A DNA stretch of 63,581 bases, the filler included, from Collodictyon triciliatum (Eukaryota): the NCBI GenBank assembly GCA_043381765.1. It is 4 parts of 4 records of this genome, joined end to end, with 100 filler letters (N's around TTAATTAATTAA, not from the genome) between each part and the next. Parts side by side here need not be neighbours in the genome. Positions count along the whole stretch, not along the records: positions 16,934 to 33,773 come from JBHJMP010001509.1; positions 33,874 to 49,635 come from JBHJMP010001511.1; 2 more parts are not named here. One strand, given 5' to 3'. The notes beneath the pieces are model-generated. The model did no database searches. It saw nothing but the letters and a program-made list of their open reading frames with translations, and was not told the DNA's origin. This document shows, piece by piece, positions 23,896 to 48,004 of the stretch. The number at the start of each line of letters is the position of its first letter. Position 1 is the stretch's first letter. Both the position numbers and the translations under genes were made by a program.

Positions 23896-25782
23896 CTATT
23901 CATCCGGCCATGATTCCGGCCCCAGTCGAAAGGGAGCGAAAGAGAGGAAAATCACCGCGAGGATGTACAGAGCAAAGTGGATTATAATCTTTGGTTTTAG
24001 AAAGAATTTCACTGGCTTCTTCATGTCGACTTTTAGCCCGTATATGTGACACTCCAGCGCAAAGGATGCAAACTGAGTGACAAGCTCAAATGCAAGCTGG
24101 ACCGCGACACTCAAACTCATGTCATAAAAGGAGTTGAATGGTTGCACGATGACATAATTCCGTGTGTCTTTGCTCAGGTACAGAAAGAAAGGTATGAATA
24201 TTGACGATTGGATTTCGAGAATGGAAACATAATAGGCTCTCTGCGAGTGAAACTCGGCTATGTGGTGTGTAAATGAATCCTGATGATTGAGCCGTTTTAC
24301 CAGAGACTTCAGCCCCCCGATACTCCATTTGACTTCGCTCAAGTCAATTTTGCTATCTTTCATGGAGTTGGTAAGTCTCTCATTATTTTTAGCTATTTTA
24401 GAACTACTGTTGATTGATGCTGATTGTTGTTCTACGTCGGACGGGACTGGGGAAAGGCTCTCCAAGTTTGTGATTTTTTTAGTGGAAAGGAAACGCATCT
24501 TTTTTTCCCTTAAATATTGTACAAAACGGAACGTGTAGACGCACCGCGGAACGTATGACACCCGAAACAATATTTCAAAAATTGAAGCTATTGACGCCAT
24601 AACCACAGTATCATAAATGTTTGATGAAGTTGTAATCATCAATCGTAATATGCATATGGATATAGAATTGTAGATATTTCCTAGGATCACTCTGTACTGC
24701 ATATACTCGTGAGACTTGAAAATAAGTAGTCCATTCTGGTAAGAGTCTGCTAGATTGGCCATCAAGGGAATGACAAAGACTCGTCCGATTATTTGCAGAT
24801 GAAATTCAGCTTTCATGAAAAACCTTACACAATAATCGGTCAATGCATAGTAAACAAGTAGATACGGAATAACACCTTTGAACAGCGCCATCGGGGTACC
24901 GTCAGAGGAGAGATTTTCATATCTCCTGTGGTTGACGTTTGCAATTTCATTATTAGTGTTCTTATGTTTTTTTACAAAGTATAGAACCAAATAATAATTT
25001 AAAAGGAAGCATGCAAAATAGACTGCAGACAAGCTCTGCTCCTCATATACTATACTGATGATTTCTGTTAATAAATGCACAAAGAAAAGGGGGATAGTAA
25101 TAAGTCGCAAGATATTCATCATTTTCACCTTCCCAAATAGAAATAGGAAGATAGAAGATAACATCAAGTATAGAAATATGTTGAAAAATGTTGTGTATGC
25201 AATAAAATAGTACATCATGCTCCGGTTGTTTACCTCAAAGAGCATTGTTGCACCAAATATTATTCCCAATATAGGTGAGGGTACTAGGACAAATACCAAT
25301 GATAGATAGGGAATTCGAACCATTAAACCTGCTGCATATTTTATAGATTCTGATATAGTTGGGGCGTTGTTTGGGCGAATAATAGAGTCTTGTTTGTGAA
25401 TCATGAAGCGAGGGTAGTTGTCCCTCATGTCAGATAATCCTTTTTTCTGGTGTGCGAGGCCTTGCCTTTCGTCGATAGGTTTGCTGCTGTTGTTTGATCC
25501 TTCATCCTCCGCATTCTGATTTTGCATAAATGATGCGATGTCCTGGGCGGAATGGTCACCAATTGATTGTGGTGAGTATAAGCTCGCCTTCTGATTTAAC
25601 TGACCAGTTTGTAAATCCTCTGTTGCAACTCCTATTTCCAGGTCTATCTTTGTCATTAACATGTTGCGAGATTCTATTTCCACCCGATAACTGTTCACGC
25701 ATCCCGAATTAAAAGTCTTGCAACGCTCTTGCTCCACCTCTTCGACTATTATCTCGACAGGCTTTGTGTCATCTGCATTCAT
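23896..25782 (-). CDS. Intronless 628-aa multi-pass membrane protein of unknown family
   Basis: Uninterrupted ORF with a hydrophilic N-terminus of about 150 aa, then many hydrophobic segments separated by polar loops. Confidence 0.8.
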   Translation of the reverse strand: MNADDTKPVEIIVEEVEQERCKTFNSGCVNSYRVEIESRNMLMTKIDLEIGVATEDLQTGQLNQKASLYSPQSIGDHSAQDIASFMQNQNAEDEGSNNSSKPIDERQGLAHQKKGLSDMRDNYPRFMIHKQDSIIRPNNAPTISESIKYAAGLMVRIPYLSLVFVLVPSPILGIIFGATMLFEVNNRSMMYYFIAYTTFFNIFLYLMLSSIFLFLFGKVKMMNILRLITIPLFFVHLLTEIISIVYEEQSLSAVYFACFLLNYYLVLYFVKKHKNTNNEIANVNHRRYENLSSDGTPMALFKGVIPYLLVYYALTDYCVRFFMKAEFHLQIIGRVFVIPLMANLADSYQNGLLIFKSHEYMQYRVILGNIYNSISICILRLMITTSSNIYDTVVMASIASIFEILFRVSYVPRCVYTFRFVQYLREKKMRFLSTKKITNLESLSPVPSDVEQQSASINSSSKIAKNNERLTNSMKDSKIDLSEVKWSIGGLKSLVKRLNHQDSFTHHIAEFHSQRAYYVSILEIQSSIFIPFFLYLSKDTRNYVIVQPFNSFYDMSLSVAVQLAFELVTQFASFALECHIYGLKVDMKKPVKFFLKPKIIIHFALYILAVIFLSFAPFRLGPESWPDE

Positions 25783-27415
25783 CCTCCCTATGGGTGCTCT
25801 TGTTGGAAAAAAGATAGGGGAGGAAGAAAAAAAAAACCTTTTTGAGAGCAGGGTCTAGTTTGTAATAGAAACTTTCACCAAAAAAAAAAAGGGTTAAAAA
25901 TCTTTCACTACGACATGAAGCACGTATTCTACTTCATTCAGGCCGACTAAAAGCTGTCCTTTATGAGAGCAGGTTCAACACACGAGAAAAAAATGACAAA
26001 CGGACAAAAAAGCTGTTCAAAAAAATGACAACTGGGTGTGGTTCCTCGAATAAGTTTATTTTTGGAAATCTTTCGATATTTTGATGAATGATATCCAATC
26101 GTGGAAATGTGTGATTTCGTGGTGGCGCCGTGAGCACACAATTAACTCTGCGTGAGATGTTTGCTGGTTCGAAGCTGGTTTGACTTTGGTCTTTTCTCTT
26201 TGTGCGTCGGATCAACTAACCTGCGGAGCCAGTACCACCCCTTTGTATGGCAAAACCTCGCTGCACTTTGAATCGAATAAAGAAAAAAATATCTAAAATA
26301 TGCGTCACTGAAGGTTTACACTGAAAAGCAGTCTTTCTTCCGTCATTTGTTTATATCCATGAGATTAAAATAATATTCGTGTGGAGTAAATAGGCGATAT
26401 TGAACATACAGGCTCAATAATTTCCACACATAGTCAGATGCATCGACCCCTTCGTCCACTTTATTCACACTCATCTAATTCCTTAGGATACTTTATATTT
26501 TGCATTCTTCATCAACAACATCTACTTAAGGGCTATTGCAGTGGCTTGGTTCCGCTCATTTCGCTATATATCTTGGTTTTGAGTACATTCATATTTCGTA
26601 TATCCCAAAGAAAAACAATCTTTTGAATTTGAATTTTTTTCAATTATATTCACATGTTTCAAAAATATTGCAATCGGTAAGGATATCAACCCTGATGTAC
26701 CACTCTCGTTTTATGGTATGCAACAGCAAGGGGTCAGGCTTATGTGGCAATGGGGACGCCCAAAGGAAAGCCGTCTCCACCCTTCGTTGATTCGAGATGA
26801 ATCTATATATGGATTATATAATAAATATTTTATTTATGTTTCAGTAATTAATTATTATCATAGAATAGGTAAGAACACATATCATTCGTATATATGTATC
26901 ATTTATAATTTAGTCTACAGTTTTTCAATGATAGTTTCCCCAGTGAGGTATATTTTCTGCACACGGCGCATGACCAAACTCTAGTCTAGACATTGCTGGT
27001 TTTGTCTCTTTCTGACACAACAAAGCCACCAGTTTTTCCCGATTGCGTCGTTGATGGCCTAATTAAGACAAAGATTCAACCCTGGAATCGTCCGTCACTT
27101 GCGACAAGCAAACAAACCAAACAGACCCTTTCCGCACAATGAAGCGGACTGCTGTCAGTTACGCGGGGACTGTGTGGGACTCTCATGCGCCGGTTCTTCT
27201 GTGTTGTTGTCTCTACCTTTTTCACTTTCATTTCTATTTATTTTTCTCCTTATCTCACTACTCCTCGCCTCAACCGAGGTTAAAACTTTGGAGCGAGCAA
27301 TTATGCGGCTCATGCGTGCAACTTCTTTTTTTCCCTCTGGCGCAATGCTAATGTTTCAGGGTCTACAAATTAAAACATGCTTTCTTCGGTCTGGCAAAAG
27401 CAGGAGGCACGCGCC

Positions 27416-30400
27416 ATGGTTCAGCGCTCCTCGAGCATACAAGTTAAAAACTTTCAGGTAAAGATGATGTGTTTTCTTGCAAGACCTTGGCAAACTAGTT
27501 TATTATACATAATCAGCTACTTATCCAAACCCTAAAGCTATTGAATTTTTTTTTTTTAACATACGATTGAACATCGCGGTATGATAGCCTGTAGCACTGC
27601 CATCCGAAAATAAAAATAAAAAAGTTATATAATAATCAAGCCTGTTTTTTTTGTTCTCCTACAGACTACAAGTGCCCTTCTGCTTGCAGCCAGTCGTGGG
27701 GATGTGCACATGATATCACTTTTGGTTAACCAGCGACATGGAAATGTGGCGGAGGTGGACTATGACAGTCGCACAGCTCTGCATCTCGCTGCTTCTGAAG
27801 GGCATATCAACGCTGTATGCTACCTTATTTCTTTGGGGGCGCCTGTTAATGCTACTGATCGCTATGGAAACACACCCTTGGATGGTTTGCTTCTTTTCTT
27901 TTTTCTTTTTTCTTTTTATTTTTATTTTTTCTTTTTTCTTTTTTCTTTTTCTTTTTCTTTTTTCTTTTTCTTTTTTCTTTTTCTTTTTTCTTTTTCTTTT
28001 TTCTTTTTTCTTTTTCTTTTTTACTTTAGCCTGAAACAAGATCATCACCGTTTTTTTTTAATATATATTAAGATCCTCCACATAACAGCACCCCACATGA
28101 ACTAAAAAAACCAACATCCTTTTGCGACAGATGCACTGCGCTCCCAGCACATGGCAATTTCAACAGTCTTGAAGGAGAACGGAGGTCTCCAAGGAAACAG
28201 CAAAAGGATGGAGCAGGAGTTCCTTGCCGCGGGTTCGTGTCTCATTGTTATTCTTAATTGCCTTTTATTGTAATCCTTGTTTATCGCTTCTAAAGAAAAA
28301 ACGGGTGGGATTTATTTTTATTTATTCGACATACTTATGTGTTCAGATGACCTTATTCTTGGATGAGTGTAGAGATTCTAAGTCTAGTGCATTTCTCAAA
28401 CTGCAGTGCGATGCGAAAACATGAGCGAGATAAAGCGCCTTATCAATCTCGGAGTCTCAGTGAATTGTACGGACTATGACAAACGCACAGCTCTTCATCT
28501 CGCCGTAATTATGGGTCAACTCCAAATAATCAAATACCTGCTTGAGCAAGGAGCCAACATTCACGCTGTGGACCGGTATGGCGGAACACCCTTGTCCGAT
28601 GCTATTCGCCTTTCATCTCGTGTTGGCAAAGATGAAGTAAGGGATCTGTTGGAGGAATATGGCGGAGTTTCTCGGCCTATGTTGGAAAGAAGCTATTTTG
28701 TTCCCATTTTTTCATCCTGTCAAGTCATGTTTGTTATTCTCTTTGGCTTTTTCGTTGACTATGAGCAAACTTTATTCTATGGGAGCGGTGATGGGGACAT
28801 CGATCGAATTTATCCTCTGTATCAGGATGTTCATGTGATGCTATATGTCGGGTCTGGTTTCCTCATGACCTATCTCCGAAAGTATGGATACTCATCCATC
28901 GGATATACATTCCTGATTGCAGCCTTCGTGAGCCAATGGTATATCGTTTGCAGTGGGTTTTGGGGGTGGCTCTTTAGTGAATCGCGGAGCGATATTATAC
29001 ATATAGATATATATCGATTGCTATTTGCTGACTTCTGCGCGACATCTGTTCTTATAAGCTATGGTGCTCTTCTCGGAAAGGTTCCATATAAAACTTTTTT
29101 CATTTCCCCCGTCACCAAGAAACAAGAAATTTAATAAAGTATTTTAAATGGCTATTCACGGGACTAATTAACTTACTTAACCCATTCAATAGACATCTCC
29201 AACGCAGATGCTATTAATTGCATTTTTCGAAACGGTATTTTTCTCTCTAAATGAGGCCATATGTATTTACCTTGGAGTTGCGGACGTGGGTGGCTCCATG
29301 TATATCCATTGCTTCGGCGCTTACTTTGGTCTTTCTGCAAGCTTCGTGATGACACCAAAAAGTGCGCAAAAAAGATGTGACAACTCCGCCAATTACAGGT
29401 TTTTATTTACAGTTTTAATTATGAAACAAAAATGAACGGTGTATGTTTATCATATAACCCCTGATTTTTTTTGCAACACTCAAAAGTCTACCATATTTGG
29501 TTACCTAGATCTGACCTTTTTTCAATGATTGGTACAACTTTCCTATGGGTATACTGGCCCAGTTACAACGCGGTTTCGTCGCCCCCAGATTCTTGTCACC
29601 GCGCCGTTGTCAATACTATAATTTCTTTGAGTGGAAGTTGTGTCTCTGCATTCGTTGCATCTCGGCTATTCCGTGGCAAGGACACCTTTAATATGGTCGA
29701 TATTCAAAATTCCACACTTGCTGGCGGTGTCGCGGTCGGTTCAGTTTCCAATATGGTCATACATCCGTGTGGAGCTCTAATCATCGGTTGCTGCGCAGGA
29801 ATAGTCAGTGTTGTTGGCTACGTACATGTGCAACCATTCCTTGAAAAGTACCTCAACTTATTTGATACGTGCGGAATCAATAACATACATGGAATCCCTG
29901 GTATAATCTCTGGAACATCAAGTGCTATAGTTGCTGGCGCAGGGAAGTCAAGTTTTTATCACGGAAAAAGGCATCTTCATAATACTTTTCCTGGAATCGA
30001 TTTGTGGGGCCGTACCATGCAGCAACAGGTAATTGATCGAATGCTTTCTACCAGTTGATTCTTACCGAAGGGCTTTTATTTTTTAGACGGAGAGTCGTCT
30101 ATTGATGTTGCTTTTATGAATACTTTTTTTCATCACTTAAATGTCGTCTAAGATTATTCTTTTAGGCTGGTGTGCAAATTGGGTTCTTAGGAATCACACT
30201 TGGTATAGCTATTATTTCTGGTGCTGTGACGGGGTATCTTGTGCGGTGGATTGAGCCTTCTTCAAAGTACTTTAGCGATTCAGTGTTCTGGAAGGTTTTG
30301 GCCAAAATATGAATTTGTTTCAATTTCTGTAATTTATATATGGACTTAATCACTTACTTTACCATATTTTTTGCCAATCATATACGAAGATGCCACACTT

Positions 30401-30584
30401 CGAAACACCCTACCATTTTGACATTCGAGGCGAGATCCGCTATGAAGGAGAGAAGAACGGAAAAGACAAGGGCGATAGAGGCCCAGGCCACTTGGAGTCT
30501 TTGTCATATGCTGGAAATACGGTTGTTGTTTTTTTTTTGGAAATATATAAGGAATCATCATGCCCTTTCTGCATTTTTCTTTAA
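27416..30584 (+). CDS. Ankyrin-repeat / Rh-type ammonium transporter fusion, multi-exon
   Basis: MVQRSSSIQVKNFQ|TTSALLLAASRGD..DYDSRTALHLAASEGH..DRYGNTPLD. A second ankyrin block (DYDKRTALHLA..DRYGGTPLSDA) lies in the same exon as the Rh motif YPLYQDVHVMLYVGSGFLMTYLRKYGYS. Later motifs are IHCFGAYFGL, SDLFSMIGTTFLWVYWPSYN, DIQNSTLAGGVAVG and DTCGINNIHGIPG. The exact 3' end is uncertain. Confidence 0.9.
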
Positions 30585-31254
30585 TGTATGACCGCAACTT
30601 TTAAAATATTGACAGAGTAGTTCCTCTCCTTTTTTTTATAATATTTTATTTATTTATAATGAGCGTTTGCTTTTGTAGAAACTATCAGGGCGACAGAACT
30701 ACCAATCATCTAATTATTTCCATGATTATCAAATGCAAGTGCTTCTTATCAAGTTGGATATACTTGTCCAAAGTATCGCCAAAAAGAAATGTATAACCCA
30801 AATACGTTGTAATCTAAAATTTACTATCATTATCTTAAATGAAAAGCCTCGGGTAATGCCATATAATAGAGCACTTAATCTAATTTTGAGTTTTCCATTA
30901 AAACATTAGTTATTGAATGAAATCAGAAGGACGATACGGCTATCTTGAAATCCTAATTGCTTGTTTATTTATAAACCGATGAAACAAATCACCCCACTAA
31001 GTTCGAAGCAAAAAATATCACCACCCAAAAACTAAACTTGAGCTATACCACTCCCTTTCATTCCGTTCCTAATGACTCTATGTTCATTTTCACAAATCTA
31101 TTCCTCTCGAGCTTATTTGAACCTCCATCTATATTTTCCTACGAAACAACCATAGTTTATGCCACTCATAGTTCTAGCATATCGTTCATACCAAAGATGA
31201 CGTTTCTGCAATTGAAAAATAAGATAAATCGCCCCACTGCCAAATCATCTCTGT

Positions 31255-32035
31255 TTGCATGCAACCTTGCAATTACTTGAGGCTAATTTATTTGATGGTG
31301 GGCAGCACTTAAGAGAGCTAGTGCATATTTTAACTTTTGATATTCAACATGTTGCTGATATAATGAACGTATTAGAATTTATTGCCAATAATACGTCCGA
31401 AAGGATTTTGGCAGCGTTTAATGTGGCATCTTATCCACCGCATATTCCCGAACTTCAAGGCACAGCTCTGTGAGAGCAGAATCCCATCACCCCTGCCAAA
31501 CACTCCTGAGCCGCTACTAGCGCGGTGGAAGGTTCTGTATGAAAACTGTGAAATGTGCGAGTCTACCCAACTACATGCTGTTACAGGCCAACTTTGCTGG
31601 GATAGAGCAAAAGGCTTCTGTATCACCAAGTCGAGAGAAGGAAGCAGCTCCTTCATCCTGCAACAAGTCGCTTTCCAAAAGGATGGGAGCTTCGCACCGT
31701 CGAAAAATGCAACGATATTTCACTCCTCGAATGCAACCCCAAGCACAGCCGTCCTGAAAAACAAAGGAGAATGGCGCTCACGACATCCCATATCATACGA
31801 CATCCCGTCACCATTTTTCTTTCGCCTGAAGAACCAAATGCGGTCCATTACGCCTGATTCTCCGCAATTCTCGATGGCCATGGCATATTCCAAGCTGTCT
31901 CGATATAAAATCATCAGTCCGAATCCCTACAAACCGGAGAAAACGAGTCATTGGGCCGAAACTATAGGCACTATAGACCCGCCGATAGTCAAAAGCTGGA
32001 AGCAAGCCCGTATAGTTTACATTTTGCTTTACTAA
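31255..32035 (+). other. Unassigned overlapping ORFs (72 and 217 aa), possibly a decayed non-LTR retroelement fragment
   Basis: Intronless open frames that overlap with a frameshift, with no convincing splice sites and no diagnostic motif. Confidence 0.25.
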
Positions 32036-32553
32036 TTCTCGTATGGTCTGGATGTAATGAATGATTAGGTGGTCCCTTCTGCCTCATGTTTATTTTTAAT
32101 GGAGTATTATGTTAACGTTTGGGCCAGAAGCCTGTAAGTGTATATTTTCTGTCTTGCGGTGCAAAGGTATCGTTCGATGCAGCTTTTTCTTAATCGGGTC
32201 GTCTGACTCGTATATAATTTATTACTACTATTGCAATCATTATTTTTTAACTTCTGTTTTGATAATTCCAACCTGAAACTCTCATTCGATCAAGTCTAAT
32301 ACCTGAGAAACCAAAATAGAGATAAAGCTTTCGAAAAATTCATAATACACATTTCTCCATTCTTAAACTCACCAAATACCGGACGCAATACCTTAAAAAC
32401 GAATTAAAGAAAAGGAAAAGGGAAAAAAGAATGAGAGATATAAATAAATAAATAAAATCAGGAGTATGCATAGAAGTATGTAGAACCAGTTGAAAACTTA
32501 GTGATGGTGAGAGTGGTTTTAATCATTTTGTGTTTCTTCTGCAAGTTGAATGG

Positions 32554-33614
32554 TTACACCGCTGCGTCTGCAATCAGAGCACGAGCACTAACAAACGATG
32601 CAACAAGGGCTCCGAGTTGGAGCTTTTCGGACGTGCTCCCAGAGAGATTTGATCTGCGTTTGAGGAAATAATCACGAAATAGCATAGATTCAAAATGATT
32701 AAATTATAAAAGAAGGAAGACAAAAAGGTGACAACATTGCATTGTGAAGAGTTATGATGTAGCAAAGATGGCTTCTCAGAAGCGTTTTTTTAATTTGGTA
32801 ATTTGAAGAAGCTTACTCGATATCTGCAAGGTCTCTTAATAACTCACACTTTGCTCTGGTTGGCATCTCGATTAGTATAACGATGGAATGAATCTATTAG
32901 ACAATGGTTAGAATAAATATCAACGTTATTTCTCCATAAGTCCATGCGTATTAATAGCACCTCTCGAATCAAATCTAACAAGGCGAGGCCCTTTTCGGTC
33001 TTCATGGCATGTATATCTGGGGAATCCAAAACCAAACAAAGTGAGAGGAAAATCATGAATTGACGCAGTAAATCTCACATTTTGTTTGATAAATACACCA
33101 GTCAAAAATTCAGAATCATTTGGTGTGTGTACTTGAAAAAGCAGTATTGAACGTTTCATTCAGTAGCAAACTGGTGATGTACTCAATGTCCGAGGGAAAA
33201 GGTGAACCTTATGACAGAAGAGCAGGCAAAATGTGGATGAGTGAATGACAGATAGTTTTACGATGTCATGGAGAAGGAAGGTGAAAGTGCACGAGGCCCG
33301 GCGCCTGTTTTCCTTCCTTCAGTTTGTTCCACCCTAAGAGAAAAAAAACTACCTGTGCATGCGTAGATTGTTTCCTTGCACACAACCCCAGAAGACATAT
33401 GTGTTGACTACTCAAAATTACACATGGTTTAAGGTGATATCATTATCTATTTCACATTTTTGTGAACTAAGCTTTTTACCGCCTATTTAAAAAAAATATA
33501 TGATTGTTTATACAAAAAAATGCGTGAGTTACCTGTAAAATATTTAGACAGCGACGCATATCACCACCTCCAAGTTTTTCAATAGATTCGTAAGCATCCT
33601 CAGATATGTCGACA
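32554..33614 (-). CDS. RFC5: Replication factor C small subunit (human RFC5/yeast Rfc3 type), 3' portion only
   Basis: VDISEDAYESIEKLGGGDMRRCLNILQ|STHM..; GSPFPSDIEYITSLLLNETF; MKTEKGLALLDLI; SGSTSEKLQLGALVASFVSARALIADAAV*. The 5' part is lost at the spacer. Confidence 0.85.
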
Positions 33615-33683
33615 CTTTGAAAGGTACAGAGTTACATCCAACATAATGCTTTTCAAGGAAATTTTTTCATCGTCTCCAAACAA

Positions 33684-33685
<2 letters not shown>

Positions 33686-33760
<75 letters not shown>
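33686..33760. repeat. (GAAAAC)n tandem repeat
   Basis: Direct reading. Confidence 0.9.
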
Positions 33761-33773
33761 AAAAAAAAAACAA

Positions 33774-33873
33774 NNNNNNNNNNNNNNNNNNNNNNNNNNN
33801 NNNNNNNNNNNNNNNNNTTAATTAATTAANNNNNNNNNNNNNNNNNNNNNNNNNNNNNNNNNNNNNNNNNNNN
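33774..33873. other. Artificial assembly spacer N44-TTAATTAATTAA-N44
   Basis: Same 100-nt structure as 16834-16933. Confidence 0.95.
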
Positions 33874-33895
33874 AAAAAAAAAAAAAAAAAAAAAA

Positions 33896-33934
<39 letters not shown>

Positions 33935-34017
33935 AGCTCGGTTTATTACAGTGCACGAGTATATAGAAAAGATGGGTGGCAAATAAGACTTTAGGTCAAG
34001 GGGTTTGATTTCATTAC

Positions 34018-34873
34018 GAATTTATCGCGCAATGTTGATATTGTCAACTTTCCGTCATTAGCCTACACAATTTTAGATATAGGATAACATATAGTTATCA
34101 GTATGGTAATGTTTCTTCAATGAATATAAGCGAAGTATGGTATTTTCTTTTCTATTTTTCTCATGTGCGAAAAAAAAATAAGGAAAATAAAATCATCTGA
34201 GTGTAAAACGGAAACACTTGGTTGCTACAAAAAGCATGGTATTACATAATGACAATATCAACTTAGAATCCCAACCTTGAGAATTGAAGGGACGATTTTT
34301 TTGAATTTTTTGCGCAATGCTTCTACAAAATTAAATTGTTGTTAGATTCAGATACCCTTAATTATGGTGGAGGTGCCTTTAAAGAATAAATCCAAACTTT
34401 CAGGGTTCTTTCCAGCGTCTTTCTTCTAAATGTATGGTACATAATATCAAAGTTCCAAACATAAAATAGTTGTAAATTTGCATTCGGTTGTGTGCGATGG
34501 GAATGATATCATAATTCACACTAAAAGAGAAATTACTTTTGGATGGTTGATTTTCCGTTAATATGGATATGAATATTATGCGTACTTCTTCGTTATCCTC
34601 AGAAGCCTTCGTCGGTGTCGCAGTGGCGGGTGAAGTTAATGGAGCTGGTGTTTTCTTCACTTCCGGGGTGGTCTTGTCCGCTTTTTAAAGGAATGGAATT
34701 ATTCTTAAATGGTACGTTTATTGTTTCCTGACATGAATACTTGGGCTACATCAAAATACCTCACACACATGTATTGAGAATATACTGCTATATTGATGAT
34801 GATGGTGATGGTGATGGTGATGGTGATGGTGATGGTGATGGTGATGGTGATGGTGATGGTGATGGTGATGGTG

Positions 34874-34927
<54 letters not shown>

Positions 34928-34948
34928 GTAATAATAGTAATAATAATA

Positions 34949-35018
<70 letters not shown>

Positions 35019-35804
35019 CTATTGGTTCCTTTTCGACATTAGTTGTAGTTTTCTCCTTATTCTCTGGGGTTCTTTTCGATACTTTCTCAGACTGGTCTCC
35101 CTTAGGTGTTTATAACACAATTTCACTTTTAAGTCGTCGAAGAGAACATCATGGCAATAAATTTACATTTCATTCGATTTCAAAAAAAAATGAAATGAAA
35201 CTGCCAAAAGTTCAGGATATTTGTTTTATTTTTGTTAAAATTAAAGTGAAAACCTTTCTTTTTCCTTTGTAAAGTGCTCCTTGGTATCGCTCAGCCTCCT
35301 TTTGATTTTTAATTTTACAATCAGTTTGAGGCGTTCCCGAAAGGAAAAAAAAAATAAATACATGCTAAACCTTCACGAAGTTACAAAAAAAGACTGAAGC
35401 CAAAAAAAAAAAAAAGACCTTACAACATCAAAGACAGGAAAGCATAAAAGATGTGGCAGTATCCTAATACACTTGATTACTGACTGATATGCATGTTGTG
35501 TGCACAGAAAACTCGTTATCCAGGAAGGAAACTCCACAGTCAACACAGGAGACCGATGGATTTCGGCAGCGAAGGTAGTGTGTGTCAACCTTTTTTTTAT
35601 TTATTTATTTATTTTATTTTGTTAAATGGTTGGGTTTTACAAAATCGCCAAGGAGAGCAAAAGTTTACTTTTTTTTTTGTCTTCTCCATTCCTTCTCTTA
35701 TCGTTTCACAAGGGAGCTCACGTCTCAATATCTCAGTCGTGTCTATGCTTTACCTGATTCTTCTTGAGGGTTGTTTGGCACTTGTCGCAGATGAAATAGA
35801 CCAT
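34018..35804 (-). CDS. LYAR: LYAR-type C2HC zinc-finger nucleolar protein, 3'-truncated
   Basis: MVYFICDKCQTTLKKNQ|VDTHYLRCRNPSVSCVDCGVSFLDNEFSVHTTCIS|EAERYQGALYKGKRK, followed by Lys/Glu/Thr-rich exons. Confidence 0.85.
34795..35015. repeat. Compound (GATGGT)n-(AAT)n intronic repeat
   Basis: Direct reading. Confidence 0.9.
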
Positions 35805-36674
35805 GCCTGTCGTGCTTTGTCCTTCTTCGCTCTTTCCCTAAACACATATCAGTAAGCAAAGGTGGCGAATAATGATAGGAACTGCTATTCAGACATAGCT
35901 CTATTTTATCTCTATTTTTCTTTTTCTTTTTCTTTTTTTAATTGGGGCTTCTTGAACAAGGAACCCCAAGTAATACGTGGCCACTGGATAAAGTCGAGGA
36001 ATCTGAGAGCCTTTGCCACCTGCTTGAGAACCACTTACTGGCTTTTGGGAGAGCTGAAAAAAATACAGACGAAGCAGCTGTGGCTTCTCCCAAATACGGA
36101 ATATATAATATAATTAATAATATACCATCATTAGAATTATTTGTAGTATACCATAACGGAATATGTTAATATAATGATATATTTTATGTATTTACAGAAA
36201 GTGAACCCAGTGTCTGCTTTTTTCATTGAATAGTCAATTTTAAACCACACAAACCAACTTTGATCAACAATCACCCACACGAATGCACATCTATTTTATC
36301 GATTCTCTTCTCTTTTCGAGTTATTTCTCTATTGACCCATTTCTCTTCTATTTTTCTTTCTTTTTCTTTCTTTTTCTTTTCTTCTTTTTCCTTTTCTCTC
36401 TTATTTTCTTCCCTCTTTTCCTTGTTTTCCTTCTGTTTTCTTTTCAATTCTTTTTCCTTTTTCCTCTTTTTCTCTACTATTTTTTTTTTTTTGTCTCCAA
36501 GGCCAGGTATACAACCGCATAATTCGTCCAGCTCTTTCCCTCGACTCGCTTTCCTCCTCTCCAGCCACTTCTGCCCAACGCGTTTGTCAACAATCCAGAC
36601 AATACTATTTTCCCACCCACCTTGGAAACGCACCCGACTTTAGACAAAAGCCAACCACAACCCACGAAAGCGAC

Positions 36675-47725
<11,051 letters not shown>

Positions 47726-47787
47726 TGACACCGAGCGAGCCATATTGCTCATAAAGCTCTGATAACAACAACAACAACACTGCCACC

Positions 47788-47857
<70 letters not shown>

Positions 47858-48004
47858 GAATACCGAAAAGCAACCAAAGAATCAGGACAAGATAACGGGC
47901 CACCACGGCAGAGAAATACAACAACCGCCTTCTCTCTTGTACCTATCTGTCCTTTTCTTTTCTTTTTAAACGAACGCAGAAGAAGCAGGCAGAAGGCAGT
48001 GTCG

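Noticed and set aside
34741-35272. Poly-N/I/Y/L/C and KERK/FVCL ORFs here and elsewhere
   Set aside because: They are translations of intronic microsatellites.
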